Source of the DNA: Kudoa neothunni
Taxonomy: Eukaryota > Animalia > Cnidaria
Reading direction: 5' to 3'
Length of the DNA stretch: 64,000 nucleotides
Assembly (NCBI GenBank): GCA_964304625.1
Contig: OZ199840.1
Location: 2,867,828 to 2,931,827 of the forward strand
Part shown: piece by piece, positions 27,789-41,745 of the stretch
How the letters are laid out: each line of letters starts with the position of its first letter
Position numbering within the stretch: the stretch's first letter is position 1
Made by a program: the position numbers and the translations under genes
Notes under the pieces: generated by a model
Told to the model about the DNA's origin: nothing
Seen by the model: the letters and a program-made list of their open reading frames with translations, nothing else
Database searches by the model: none

Positions 27789-28458
27789 ATGACCGGTGAA
27801 TCCAACGAATTATTGAATAAGTTCCAAAGAAGAGAGCAATTGCGTGAGGGGCAAGTGGAATCATCCCAGCGAGAAGTTGGAAAATCAATCTATTCCAGGT
27901 ACCCAGACCTCACACGTAAACAACTGAAGGAAATACAAAATTTTTTCAACAAGTAGTCCCACCCCATAATTTTCAAGAAATGTACGAAATTTAGGTATGA
28001 TAGTGGGAAGCAGGGTTACCTGGGGCAGCCAGACCTACAACGTATGTTTGAAGGGATGGGTAACGCACTCACCTACTTGGAACTGAAGAAAATGATTGAA
28101 GAAGCTGATAATGATGGTGATAAGATGGTTGATATAATTGAAGTAGTTTGGTTGCTGTGATTTTTGTTCAAGTTTTCTCTTCTAGTTTATCGATATTCTC
28201 TTAAAGATTTCAAACGATTATGGTAGCGTAAGTGCGGATAGTCCTTGGTTGAAGTTAGCTCAGCTGCCTGAAATCGATATAACCGTCGAAGGAGTCGGTG
28301 GAGCTAAAAACTTTTTTGAAGCCAAATCTGCAGCTCTTACCAAAAACAATCGTTTCGAAGAAGAGATCAAGAAGGAAAGAGAAGAAAGAAAAGCTATAGA
28401 AGAAGAAAGGAAGAAAAAGAGAGCTGAGTTCAAAAATCTCAAAGCCAATTTCCAATGA
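27789..28458 (+). CDS. EFHD2: EF-hand domain protein D / swiprosin, 3 exons
   Basis: SIYSRYPDLTRKQLKE, two EF-hand loops, EIDITVEGVGGAKNFFEAK, NRFEEEIKKEREE coiled coil, AEFKNLKANFQ*. Confidence 0.94.
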
Positions 28459-28696
28459 AACCTACTTCGTTAAATTATAAACTAATCATGTTACTGTTCC
28501 GTGGATTTTGCTTTGTTTAATTTATGATTGCAGTGCGATAATTTATTTTTGTGAATATTAAGTAATTTAGAATTATATAAAGATGAAATTATGTGTATGT
28601 AAACCGATTTTTTGCACTTTTAGAAATCTTACAATAAACGTTTTAGAAACGCTCTTATTTTCAAGGAATCATTGTAACTTCCTTTTTATTATAATG

Positions 28697-28730
28697 CTAG
28701 TGGGAACTGCCCAGCGTTGGTTGGGGAAGG
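28697..28730 (-). mobile_element. Helitron-like 3' terminus
   Basis: On the minus strand a CCCAACCAACGCTGGG hairpin is followed by CAGTTCCCA-CTAG; the matching 5' end was not identified. Confidence 0.4.
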
Positions 28731-29730
28731 TTTCGCATAGAGACGTTTTTTAATAATATTCAAAAAATATATTGAAGTTTAGAATTAACTCATAGAAGCA
28801 AAAGAACGGAAAAATTTTAAGCATCATACTTTAACGATTTGGATTATGAAATTTAAATGATGATTATTTATGTGAAGTGATGTGCTAATCCCGGCGTTTA
28901 ATTAACAATTAAAATAAATAATTATTGATTAATACTAAATTAAAATATCTATCTCTAAAATTTGCGAGAAACGTATATGACGGTTCGGATGGATTGGCTC
29001 ATTCATTAAATCTTATATGAAATATTAAAATGATGTCATAACAAAATGAAAATTATTATAGGAGGCCAATGATTTTGTTCTAATTGCACAAGGTCACATA
29101 ATTATGTAACTTTCAATATAAAATTAATCTTTGAGAATAAGCTTTGCATCAACTAATTAAATTATAGACTAATAACAAGAAAAAGTTAAATAATTATGTT
29201 AAACATTTTTCAAATAAATTTATCAAATGTGTTATATTTTTTATTATAAATAATGTATAAATCTGTATTATTATTACATGGGAAACAACGGTTTAAAAAA
29301 ATCCGATGGTAAATATCTTCCATTATTAATCAAATACCTTTTAAATTTAGCAAGAGAAATCCGCAAAAAAAAATTTATAAACTAAAACATCATTATTATT
29401 TATAAAAATTTTAGTATTGTAATTAAAATTGTTTTTAAATACCGAAAAATACCTATAATTATAAATGATAAGCATTAAAAAACGAATAAAATATTAGAAC
29501 AAATTTCATGTTTCAGATTTAATTATCATGTTTTTACGTCACAATTATAAATTAACATTTTAAACCTGTTTTTTATAAAAATATTTTATTACTTTCTTCA
29601 ACTGTGATAGTATATAATCGCATCATCGTTAAAAAAATAAAACTTAATATAAAGATAAACGATTATATCAGATGAAATCACAAATTTTGAAATTTTAATG
29701 AATCTAACAAGACGGATGTATCATTATTAA

Positions 29731-30535
29731 CCCTCGGAAGCTGGAACTCAAAAAACTTACGCGAGTGCCGGTGGGGGTAAGTGAACTACCCCCACCGATT
29801 CTCAATGTTGCTGCGCTTATTCCATAAGATTTATTATTTCAAATGGTTAACAATCATATAAACTTGAATAAAACGACCTTGGAGGTGAAAATAATTAAGT
29901 CATTTAGAAGAAAAATACAAGTGATTAATAATGGGTATTTCCATAAAAACGGCACGGCAAAACATTATACCTACCAGAAATATAGATTATGTGATAAAAT
30001 GGATATCTGTAAATTTATAGAAAACTTAATGCTAATTTTTTAGTGAGTTTCTATCATTTTAACGAAACGGCCGGCGGCAGCATCGTGATGATATTACCCG
30101 ACGATATTCGTTAATCTTATAATTATACCGAGGATTAAACTAGCTGGGAAGCGATTTGAAGCAATCGATGTTAATAAACTAACTTCAAATTTGTATTATC
30201 CCGATATAAATAAATTTTTTACAATAAAATTAACCTAAACTGATTATAAATTTACAGGTTAACAGCCGTTATATGTTATTATTTTTTTATAATAAAAATA
30301 TTATTTAAAAGAATTAGCAAGTATTATTAACACGAAAATAAATAACTTCAAATTTAAAGATGCTTTATCTACGTTGAATTTAAAAGATAAAAAATGTTTT
30401 CTAATATATACGAAGCATTAATTATGTCGGAAGATTACCCGAAGCCAAATATGGTTCTTTAAAATTTTAAGAGGAAAATTTCAACAAATACATACATTGG
30501 GGGTGCACGAACTACCCCGCTTCGTCCCGGAAGGG
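29731..30535. mobile_element. Non-autonomous piggyBac-like element
   Basis: TTAA|CCCT...AGGG|TTAA, with palindromic GGGGT...ACTACCCC subterminal boxes near both ends. Confidence 0.75.
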
Positions 30536-30899
30536 TTAATCAATTGGATCATGTAAAACATGTGAACTTATAGAATATGGTTTTTATTCTTATAAGGACA
30601 ATCCATCTATTCAAAATGAAAATAACTACCTCACGTATGTATTAAACGCGGATAAACTGAAGAATGCTATCTAAGAAATACGCTGAACATTTTAACTTAA
30701 GACCCAAATGGATTGAATGGCTTCTACCCGGTGATGGATGAGATATCTAAAATTGTAGAATATACACAGAAATATATTTTATAACAATTTTCCCAACAAA
30801 TAGATGTTAATTAGTTCGTTTCGAAGAAAATAATAGAATTTCATTTTTTATTTAACATAGTTTTTTAACATTTTGGTCTTACTTTAACTCTGTTTGAAG

Positions 30900-32650
30900 A
30901 AATATTGAATTCAAATCTTTCAGATGAGTCTTCGTTCATTTGGTTAATCGAATATACTGTTTTTTCTTCATTTTGTTTGAGTAAGTTCTACAAATCAGTG
31001 GAAAACGATTTGTATTGGTTCCCTCCAAGTTAATTTAATTGATTAAGTATTTTTTCACACAACTGTTTGTTATTGTCGAATTTGGATTTTGAATTATTTT
31101 CAGGCGCTTCATGCAGGAAAATATTTTTGGGATCAACTTTTGTAAGGCTTGTTACAGGAGATAATTGATAATTCACCGGGATTTAATGGAGTTTCATAAC
31201 TTGAATTTTTACATTCACTAACATCTCATAGTTGGTCAGTGTCTTCGTAAAACCATCTTCCAGTACTAAGGGATTCTCCAATTAAACGATTAGATTTTAA
31301 AATGGAAAATAAATGCACAATCACACTTGTATGTATTGTCATTAAAATGCGTTATCATAGCCGAATTACACAAGTTATGTACAAAATATATGTTACGTAG
31401 TTTCCAAATAGTCAAACATTGGAGATTTATTATTTCGTGTTTTATTTTGTTGGAGGCAAACGTTGATAATTTGTTGATTATTTGTAACGCATCTTCATCG
31501 TTATTTTGGATTTTTGTTTTCATCATAATCAACTCACTATTTATCAAACTTTCACTACAGACGGTCATACAATAAATTATTATAACATTTAATTGATTAA
31601 AACGCGATCGCTTTGATAAAAATCGTTTTAATTTTCCATGCTCTTGTTCTACCCTATTGTTGGTGATAGAGCCGATTGTTAAAACATCTAGTCGAAGAAA
31701 ATGAGTCCATATAGGCTTGATGTTTAACCAATTTTTTAATCAATATTTGAAATATGATGGATGAGTTTCAGTGATTTCATTGATTATACGGTCGAACGAC
31801 TTACTACTCAACGTGTATATAAGTTTTTGGACAATTCTTTTAACTTTTCTTTTTTACTTTTAAGTATTGACATGACATCTAACATGGCTATATTTCTCTT
31901 CCTCGCTTTGTAAACATGGAAGGAACATAACAATACTCTAATATTTTCCATCATTTTCACAAAAGCGGAAAATATTCCGGTTACAATGGAATGGCATTCG
32001 TGCTTAACAAACGCGAAAAATATGGGACAACTCCTTCCATTAATGTCGATAACCGCAAAATTATAAAGCGGATAATGCCAGTCATTGACTTTATATGTTG
32101 CGTCAATGTGTATAACTTTCGGGTATTTTCGATAAATTTTTTTCAATGTTTTTGTGGTAAAACATATGTAATTTAGCTGATCATCGTCATATTTACAAAA
32201 ATCTAACAGGATATCATCCCCATGTATATTATATAATTCATCAAAATTGTTTGAGAGTTTTGGTGATTTATATTTTAAATTTCTAACTTTTTTGAGATTA
32301 ATGAGGATGTTTAGATCGGCTTCAAGTGATAGCTTAGCTTGTTTATTATCACAACCCCAATTAAAATACTTCTCAAGATTCTCTCGAATGGACATTGGCA
32401 ATTTTTGGTTATGTTTATAACATAGAATATTGAATCGTTCATGGTTGTGCACTACATTGTACATTGGAACGTACAAATAGCTATCAGTATTCGAGATAAT
32501 TATAAAAGCTTTGTAGCCATTAGCCAGCTGTGAGCCTGGTCTAATTATATTTTCTCGTAATTTTCTATTATATTCGTGGGGAGATATATATTTTATATAA
32601 CGATATTGCAACTCGTTTCAATCAGTTGACTAATGCTTGATGCTTCATCC
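30900..32650 (-). pseudogene. Decayed MULE/Mutator transposase with SWIM-like finger
   Basis: IHIDATYKVNDWHYPLYNFAVIDINGRSCPIFFAFV, LLCSFHV, TNNRVEQEHGKLK, YKCDC; interrupted by frameshifts and stops. Confidence 0.85.
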
Positions 32651-33389
32651 GACACGATAAGTATAACCAGATTTCTATTTCTATAAGGAGTTTATAATTG
32701 TTCTCTTTACTTATAAACCTGAATGAAATATTCGGGAGACTATTTCATCTCTGAGTAAGAATAAAAACGACATTTGAATAACTCGTGTTCCTCCATGCTT
32801 ATTCCACGCGATAAGTTAACGTCTCTCGTATAATATCTATTCATATTGTTATTGTATTTTTAACTTATAAGAATAGCATTACTATGTTTGTAATGCAAAT
32901 AGTCACTATCAAATTTAACATATTTCTGTCAACAGGGGAAGAGATTTCATAATAGGAACATGTGAAAAATGAAACAATAATAAAACAGTTTATCTCTAAT
33001 TTTTCACGCTATTCAAAGCATATACAGACCTAATTATTCTTGTTCTTCGCACACACGCAAATAAATGTCCAAAAAATATATCATTTGTAGATTTTTATTA
33101 AATTTATTATATTATAAAATGTAAAAAATATCGCAAATAATTATATTCTTAACCTTAAGTGCAACAATTTTTATTATTTTCATACATTTTTGCATGAAAA
33201 TAAAATGGCCACCTCCAAGTATTCGTGTAACTTTTTTCCTCGGGTGTTCGAGGCTTAATATAAACATATATATGGTTCTGATATCACTTAATTAAAATTG
33301 GAAAACTCTTAAAAGAAAAAAAGAAAATTGTTGGATTATATAAACTTGGTCCGAGAAATTGCGCTGATGTCTCCAAGTAAATTTTGGAT

Positions 33390-33479
33390 CAATGTTTTCC
33401 AACCTGGAGTCGTTTGAACGCCAAAAGAGCTCGCGCACCTATTTCAGAAGGCTAATATAAAAAAGGTTGGGAAACATTG
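33390..33479. mobile_element. 90-bp hAT-like MITE
   Basis: TIRs CAATGTTTTCCAACCT / AGGTTGGGAAACATTG (15/16 match); no clear 8-bp TSD. Confidence 0.6.
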
Positions 33480-33947
33480 ACTCAGATTTTAAAACAACAA
33501 GAATAATTATCCGAGGTAATACGTCCGAAATCGATTACATTATATGATGTAATCTTCATAAATTTCGATTCATGAAGTTTTATCCATGATAATGTAAAAA
33601 TATGATTAATTGAATTTTCTAGTTGCTGAACAACCCACAATAAGTTATAGTCTACTGTGATCAAAGAACCAACGCAATTAAAGGATTACTTTAATAGCAA
33701 ACAATAAAAAATCATCACCAAATATATTCAGCATTAAAAGACTTTTTATTTATTACATCAAACGAAGTAAGACGACAACAAAAATTAGGCCGACCAAACA
33801 AAATCTATCATTATATCCTGACTAAGCGATCAAACAATTTCATAAAAGAAACAAGAATTTTGAGATATAATTGGAAAAAAAACTGGTAGGATCATTAAAA
33901 GAAATTTATAAATACTACATTAATATTCCAATGCAGTGGAGATAAAT

Positions 33948-34854
33948 TTATGCAGGTAGAGTTAATTTTTTACCTCGTAACACTAAAATACATGAATAAA
34001 ATAACAACAGGAACCCAATGTGAAATCATACCTTTAACGATGTAGAGATAGAAAAAATCCATATATAACAGTGTTTGAACAATTCCAGCAGCTACTGATA
34101 TTACGTCGAAATGATGTTCAAATAAATAACGATAGATCCAATTCAGAATGTATAAAGCACGATAGGATCCAAGAGCAAATAGATAGTGACCGGTGATGGT
34201 TTCAGCTTCTCCAGTCCTAGTTATCATCATGAGTTGGGGTAGGATAGCAACCGATTCGAGATAGATAGAGAATGACCACAGCAACTACACAATCAAAACC
34301 ACATCACAAAATCAACCGTATGTATTCAATTACATCAATCAGACGATAACTATTCGGATAGAGCAATGTAAAAACAACACACGGAATAATTATGTAGCTC
34401 AATGGAAATGTGTCATTGATTTTGTCGTAGGTAACAAAAAATTTTTTAAAAATAAGATAATTCGTCATGGTTAACGAGCTCACATACATCACTTTCATCA
34501 CTGAATTGTACACGGAAACAAAATGGAAAAATATGTCCATATATCTGCAAAGGAAAACCAACAAAAATAGTGCTTGACTTTTTCCGGATATTCCTATTCA
34601 ATAAGTTAACAAATATCAACGTAGAACAGTTGGATCGGGATGATATTTAAAAATTGTTGGGAAACAACCGAGAACATTAAAAAACCCCTATTCAACTCAA
34701 CGACATTGCGTTTGATAAAAGAAATCACCATTCAACACAACAATCACCCCATATAACTCATACCTAAACAGGATCTTGTTGTCCAAATCTTCCATAGTAG
34801 GATAACTATAGCAAATAGATGGGAAACATCACCGACCAATCGAAAAATATTCAT
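33948..34854 (-). CDS. KDELR: ER lumen protein-retaining (KDEL) receptor, 4 exons
   Basis: [84 protein letters not shown]. Confidence 0.98.
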
Positions 34855-36998
34855 ATCCCAATTGAAATGTCGCCCACTTCACCGCGTTATGTCGTATGTG
34901 ATCGTTGCTCCGTGGTGGTGTGATACGTAAGCACCGTGTTTCCACGGTTGGTATCCATTTGAAAATTGCTTATCGTGCAACATGCGTTCAGTTTGTGGTT
35001 GTTTTCTTTTCGATCGACTCTATTCTATTTAAGTGATTTGAAGAACATTATTTTTCGGTTATCTTAAGTGTTATCCGATTTCACCTAATTATAATGTTTA
35101 TATTAGCCAGCATGATTTAATAGATAAGGTAGGTTGTGTAAGAATTGTATTTTGGGTGAAATTTAATTCTTCTAATTGGCTGAATTTATTTTTTGATAAT
35201 GTGGAACCTGTTAATTGCTCTATATATTACCATATTTTTGTTTTCGGAGAATCTCATGCATAAATTTATAAATTCATTAAAACGATAACTATTGTTAATG
35301 AAAACAATAAAATATGCAGCCGAAGTTCTAACCATAAGTGAAAAATTACGTCGTAGTTCTACGTGTTCATAAGTATTAGCCTCTTTGTTGAATGAATAAA
35401 TCACTTAATTATATTTAATTTGTGATCTCTATAAAAAACTTTTTAAAGAATTTTAAAGAGTAATCATTAAATTTAGAATCGTAATTTTTACAGAAAAACC
35501 CATATACCATGTTCACTATAATCGTACGATGTCCAATGCCGTAAAACATCGTGGAATAGGCGAATCCATAATTCCATAATCACGGGTTTCTGTTTTTCTC
35601 ATAAATGACTTAGTGGACTCTGGCATCACGATATTTCATGAAATCGCTGCATTACGTGTAATGAATTTCTTTTCCCGTATTCGCGTTTATAAGTTTTTAG
35701 ATCTGTTATTAATTTCTATTTTATTTTAATCGTTATGCTCAAAGTAGAAATCAATTTAGTGTACATGGTTATTGATGAAATAAAAATTAATTCATGAATA
35801 TTATTGTTCGCGCCTGCGCGAACTAGTCGGATTTTATTAGTGATTTTCGAAGAAAAATCAACCATTTTATGCTATTATACGAGTAAAATTTTTATCTGAA
35901 TCAAAAATTAACATCAATATTTATTCTTGGTGTGTTTCAATGCTTGAGATAATATTTTGGAGACAATTTTATCGCATCTATCATTGAAATCTATAATAAG
36001 AACAATTTAGAATGGTAACACAAAAATAGATTTGGTTTAGTTTATACAATCAAAATTGATTTTAAAAGTAAAATATTATGTTAATGTTAGGTAACATAAT
36101 TTTAAAGAGTTTAAGTTTGAGTAGGCGGTTTACGCTTTATTATTAATTGAGCAATTACAATAAATGGCTTATGTTTTGACTTTTTACGCAACTCGTGTAT
36201 ATTTGAGTGATTCATTAATGTAACAAAGTGGCTATTTGTATTTTTTATATTATTCAGGTGCCATTAGTTTTGAGTATAGTTTATTATTGCTGACTCTTGA
36301 GAGCAAAGCAGTGGACTTGAAATAATTAGATATAATAGAATTTAAAAAATTAAGTCTGTATATAACTTGCAGGTAGGAGTTGTTGGGATTAAAAATTATC
36401 ATTGTCCATGCGTATATTGAGTTAAGGATTAGAATTTATTATCCAAATAGCCTTTGTTATTTTATTAGTTTTCGTTCATTGTTTCATTGCAGAGGTTAGA
36501 ACTAATTATATATTGCAGATTTTAAAGAAGTAAATCTTTTTAGGTCCTGTGAGTAAGAGTTTCTGGAATTAACAATTATAATCTCTGTCTATATGCATTA
36601 GTCATGAATTTCACCAAATCCACATAAAGCCGAGAAAAAATTGATGAACTCATTTTATCAAATGATTTTGTTATTCACAGTTTTTTATGATTTCCATACA
36701 AAATTAATAACTCCAATAATACGAAAAATTCATTTAAATTAGAATTCAATTAAACAATAATTTAAAAAGTATGTGAATCTTGTTATTTACCTCGCACGAT
36801 AGATGGCGGACAGATAAGGTTGACGTCTGGCTCGTGGAACTTGGAAATTTCGAGTTCCAGCTCCAGCCCAATTAAGGCCATTACATTAACCATTTGAGGA
36901 CAACCATAGGCTCCATGCGTCACCTTTATATTATTTGTTGTTAAGTTGACTACGTTTTGAGTATTTTCACCGGAATTTTTACCCATTTTATTACACTA

Positions 36999-37524
36999 CA
37001 GTAGGTAACCGATTTTTTGCACATTTTCCCGCTTTAATCCTATTTTTTCTCTGATGAACATGCGATAAAATATTATGTTCCGTCTCATTCTACCTAAAAC
37101 TGTTTTTATTAATCAAATTTTGTTATCTTTGATAAACGTACATATTGCTTCACGATAATTCGAACTTCCACATTGATACAAATCCCATTTACAAACATTT
37201 ACTGGCCATTTTATCATGTTATTTCCTGTATTTGCCGAAGGTATTCTACGTCAAGAGAAATACGAGAATTATAATAATATAATAATTAATGTAAACGTAT
37301 TGACGAGAATTCTTTTTTCTTAGAGTACATATCGCACATCCTATAATTTAGATTGGATCATAAGAGCCCTTAATTACGCTGTAAACTGAATGTAATATAT
37401 TATTTAATAATACAATTTAAATAAAATGGGAGTAGAATAATATCGTTGTATAAATTTGTAGGACCAAACTAAATTTCCTCCATGTGGCAGGCGCACAAGA
37501 CTGTGAAAAATCGGTTACCTAATG
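36999..37524. mobile_element. pogo/Tc1-mariner-type MITE
   Basis: TIRs CAGTAGGTAACCGATTTTT / AAAAATCGGTTACCTAATG (18/19 match); TA on the left flank. Confidence 0.75.
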
Positions 37525-37607
37525 CAATCCAAGTGTCGGAAACTTTTTTTGGTAGGAGAGCCATATATGTTTTAAACTTAAAAATAGAAGTATATGTGCG
37601 CGTTTAA

Positions 37608-38205
37608 CCCTTTGGACCCCAATGTTGCCATTTGGCACCATGTGTGTATCCTTTTAATTTTTGAAATGACTGCTCCAATTTTTGGATATTTTTAGTAAAT
37701 TATTTAAAATTAAACATAATGAACAAAATGTCATTAAATTTGTTGTAATATCATTGTTACGTTATTGCTAATCAATGGAGAATATTTCTCATCATCAATG
37801 CGACTTCCGATTTTGCAGATGATTTTGAAGACTGAATGATATGTGGTAACATTAAGCCTCATGTAGGCGTTGAGACTTCTATCCATCAAACGTGACCATA
37901 GTTTTGTCTTAGTGTCTTTTAGATGTAGAAAGGCTGCTCACATGCATACGTATAGTCAAACATTGTCATTACTACAATACTTGCACGCTGCAGTGTGTAA
38001 TACAGTAGGTAATCGATTTTCCGTAGTGACCGTTACGCGTATTCACAAAAGAGTTTAATCTTCCAATTATCTAAATTTTCTAAAACTCGGTATATTCTTA
38101 TAAAATTTCTTACACTGTATGCCTGCCGAATAAGTTTTGAATCATCATTAATGAATGAAAAATAAAATAAAAATTATACACTTGGTGCTTTTGGGGTCCA
38201 AATGA
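37608..38205. mobile_element. Non-autonomous piggyBac-like element with degenerate right tip
   Basis: TTAA|CCCTTTGGACCCCAA ... TTGGGGTCCAAATG inverted repeats. Confidence 0.6.
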
Positions 38206-40056
38206 TCCACAATTTTATTTTATCATTTTATGTATAAAATTATAATAAAATGGAATTGAGAATATTAGCCAAATCTATGGACGAAATAAAGAGAAAAATG
38301 AAATATATTCCGCCGATTATAATTCCGACTTCAATGAAATCATTGATTCCTCTGATTCTATTGATTTTTACATTAATCTTATCTTGGCTACAGAAGTCTT
38401 AAAAACCTCCAAAATACTAAAAGAAAACTTTATAAGGAAGGCCTCTAGTCTTAAGAATGTTGCCGCTCAGAGAATATTTAATATAACGGATTTTTTGATG
38501 GTGATTTATACAGAAATGTTGCGTGTAATACCAATATGTTTGTCTTTCATTATTATAACGATTATTGCAAAAAGCTTTCGGATATTGAAAATTGTTCTTA
38601 CTATGGTTAGAACATTTAGAGTTAATTAGAGTAATGTTCCGTGTATAATGAAAAAAAAATAAAACAAGGGAGTCATTTAGCACATTTTTTCTATTTAATG
38701 AAAAGATAATTTTAGCTAATTCAACAACTTATACAAATATATTATACAATGAAAAAAAGAAGCCAGGTAGCATAAATTATTATAACAAAATTAAATGAGC
38801 TATTGACACGAATGATCGGATTTTCACCTCCACAAGTCTAAAAAGATATTCCAGACGGTGACTAGGAGTTATTCTTTTAAATATCGACATAAATCTGTCA
38901 AACGTATTTTACCTATACAAAATCATATTCAACGATGGGAAAATCAAGAGTCTAATTTTTAGAGAATCTAGTTAGCACGTTCCGTCCCTTCAGCAGTTCC
39001 TTGGCGCTAAATTTGTAACTAAATCAAGAACAGGAAATCCAAATAGCATCAATATTGTTTCAAAATATCCCGTAAACAATGTGCTATAAACCCAAGAAAC
39101 ACTGCTGCGAAAAACATTCCGAATGTGTTTGTTTAACTGTTCACTGGACGAAAATAAATGTTTGGATTACATTATACATTTCATATTTTGGCGTAGTGAG
39201 ATTTGTGTTTTGACGTAGATAATAAATTGTTAATTAGAGGCAGAGCATCGATTTTATTGTAGATCTGATATATATATATATATATATATAATGATACTAC
39301 CGTTTCCTTAAACTCACAGATGACAATAATAGGTAAGTCACAGAAAGCAAATTTCAACGTTTACATTGATATATGCGTTTAGGTTGAACGTTAGATATAT
39401 TTTTAGTCCATTTTGTTGATAACTGTTTTGCTATGCCGTAAATTTTTAATCTAATTAGTTATATTAAACCCTCAAAATGTTCTTCTAAGAACTTCAATGT
39501 TTGTACTCGCCAAGCGTAACACAATTGTTATTTTTAGTTTTAGTGTCTTTTTCTCGCGTAAGTTAAGAAATATAACAAATTATATACGAGATACTTTATA
39601 ACACTTTATTTTAAATATTTCGTAAAAATTTATTTAACAAGAATATATATCCCCAAAATGTTTCGGGGGGATCGGAAAACATCGTCAGACATTTTTTGCC
39701 ATATATTGTGCCGATTTGTCGATAGAATTTTTTTATTTTTGCATGATTAAGTTTTAAAAATTATTTAAATTCATAAAATTAAATAAAAAGTGGGGCCTAA
39801 TATACCCCAACAAGCATTAAGTGTATAGTCGATTTTAAAGCGCCCGGAAGATTAACAAATCATTTTTTTAATTGGAAATTTGTGTGCGAGCCATAAGTTC
39901 CCGATCCTTGCATTAGTCGATAAACAACAATTTACTTTTAAATGGGTAATATTCTGGCGGAAATACATAAAATATGACAAGTTTATTAACAGAATTTATT
40001 CTAAAAATAATAGAAAGGTGGACTCTTGGAGCCTAAGATTGTCCTTAAAGGGTTAA

Positions 40057-40860
40057 CCGTCGAAGGACCTTGTGTCGAAAAATTTAGAATGTGCCCATGG
40101 GTGTCGTTTTTGACCCCATAATTATTTTCGTATTTTATCGCATAATTGAATCAAAAAGTTATTATCGTAATTATTACTCATAACGCAGCTATATTAACCG
40201 TTTAGAAGTTTGTTTTAGAAAGAATAAAATTGAAAAAAAGTAATTAATTCTTCGATTAGATATAAACATCGGCAACAGAACCCATGTTATTATATGTTTT
40301 ATTATATTTACATTGTTGAATGTTTTTGAAAGTATAATAACGGCGTACAACCAAATATAGATAAGAAATGCACACATGCGACCATACAAGAAATCGGGCA
40401 TGATTTCCGGAAAAGTCGTTAATCACGTACTTGAAAATGAGGTCAAGTTTGGGTCACGGTTGTATATATTTATGTTTATACATTCAAAAAAAAATTAAAT
40501 ACGACAAATTTACAATAGTTTTGTCTAACAAGAAATTACATTAATTCAGAGGCTTCCTAAAGAGAAAACCATTTTTTCAAAGATTACATCAATCGGATTC
40601 TAAACTACGTCTGACAATATGAAATATTTTTTTTGAATCCGTGTGACGAGCGAATAGGTCTCTTGTAGTTATAGAACCGTATATTAGTTTTTCGATCAAT
40701 ATTTCGTGAACAAAATACACACTGTGATCTTTTGCATGGACCAATGCTTTTTGTGAATTAGACGTTTCGCCAATATCAATGCATTTATTAAATAGCTCAA
40801 AACTATATTTTAAATGCGAATGATAATGACCCTTGAAAGTCTGGCGCAAATACTCACCGA
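40057..40860 (-). pseudogene. piggyBac-like terminus plus transposase remnant
   Basis: TTAA|CCGTCGAAGG end with a GGGTGTCGTTTTTGACCCC box. ORF 40589-40849 (MRQTFKGHYHSHLKYSFELF) resembles the piggyBac RQY..KP.KYG.KLF segment. Confidence 0.5.
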
Positions 40861-41745
40861 TAAGTTACGATGCCCCCCCCTCTGGGTTGGTACACTTTAC
40901 TGCAGTTTAGCTCCAAATTGTTGGTATCGTTATCAAAGGGAATTCCTAATTATAAATTTCTTCTTAAATTAGTAGCAAAAAAGTAAATCATGTACTTTGT
41001 TAACTCCAAAAAACACATGTAACCGATAAATCTTAATTTAACCTTATGACGTCATCGTAATCCCTCGATAGGAAAAAGGAAAACCTACAATTAGAGCATT
41101 TCTTTAAGGTTTAATATATATCAATTGTGATAATATGTCGTTTTCTATTTTTCTATTTTAATAATTTTAATGCAAAGTTAAAACATGAAGTATGGAGAAC
41201 TTTGTAGAGCATGTGCTCAATTACACAGACATTTTTTCTACGATAAATTCTCATATTTTTCAAAAGTTTGAGTTTATATAGTATAGGAATATATTTTATA
41301 AGATTAAATGAACTTTTTATGGAAATTTATGAGGTTCTCATTTTTAAAAATAAGACTTATCTTGTAATTCCCTATTCATATAAAAAATTTTGTGGTTATT
41401 ATTTGAAAAGTTAAAATTGTATATTTTTTTATTATAATATCCAGTAATCTAAAAAGTCCGTTACTTGTTGTACCTCATGTATTAAACTACCAATGATAAC
41501 AAACTAAGGATTTCAGCTATCATTTTAACGATAGATATATAGGTCGATTGAAAAATTATTAAATATCAGTTTTAGAGTATCTAATAAACGATATATAAGT
41601 AGTAGCTCAAGAAAATTGAAAACAAGCATATAGGAACGAGTTTTTTGTCAGCTGTTGTGTTACAAATGTATTAAATGGAAAAAGTACAATTATAAGAAAA
41701 AAATTGAATAGATATTAAAATAACACAATGAGAATTTGAGAAAAT

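Noticed and set aside
28255-28455. Antisense or alternate-frame ORFs overlapping real exons (also 21328, 42206, 50200, 52036)
   Set aside because: These are shadows of coding sequence with no independent support.
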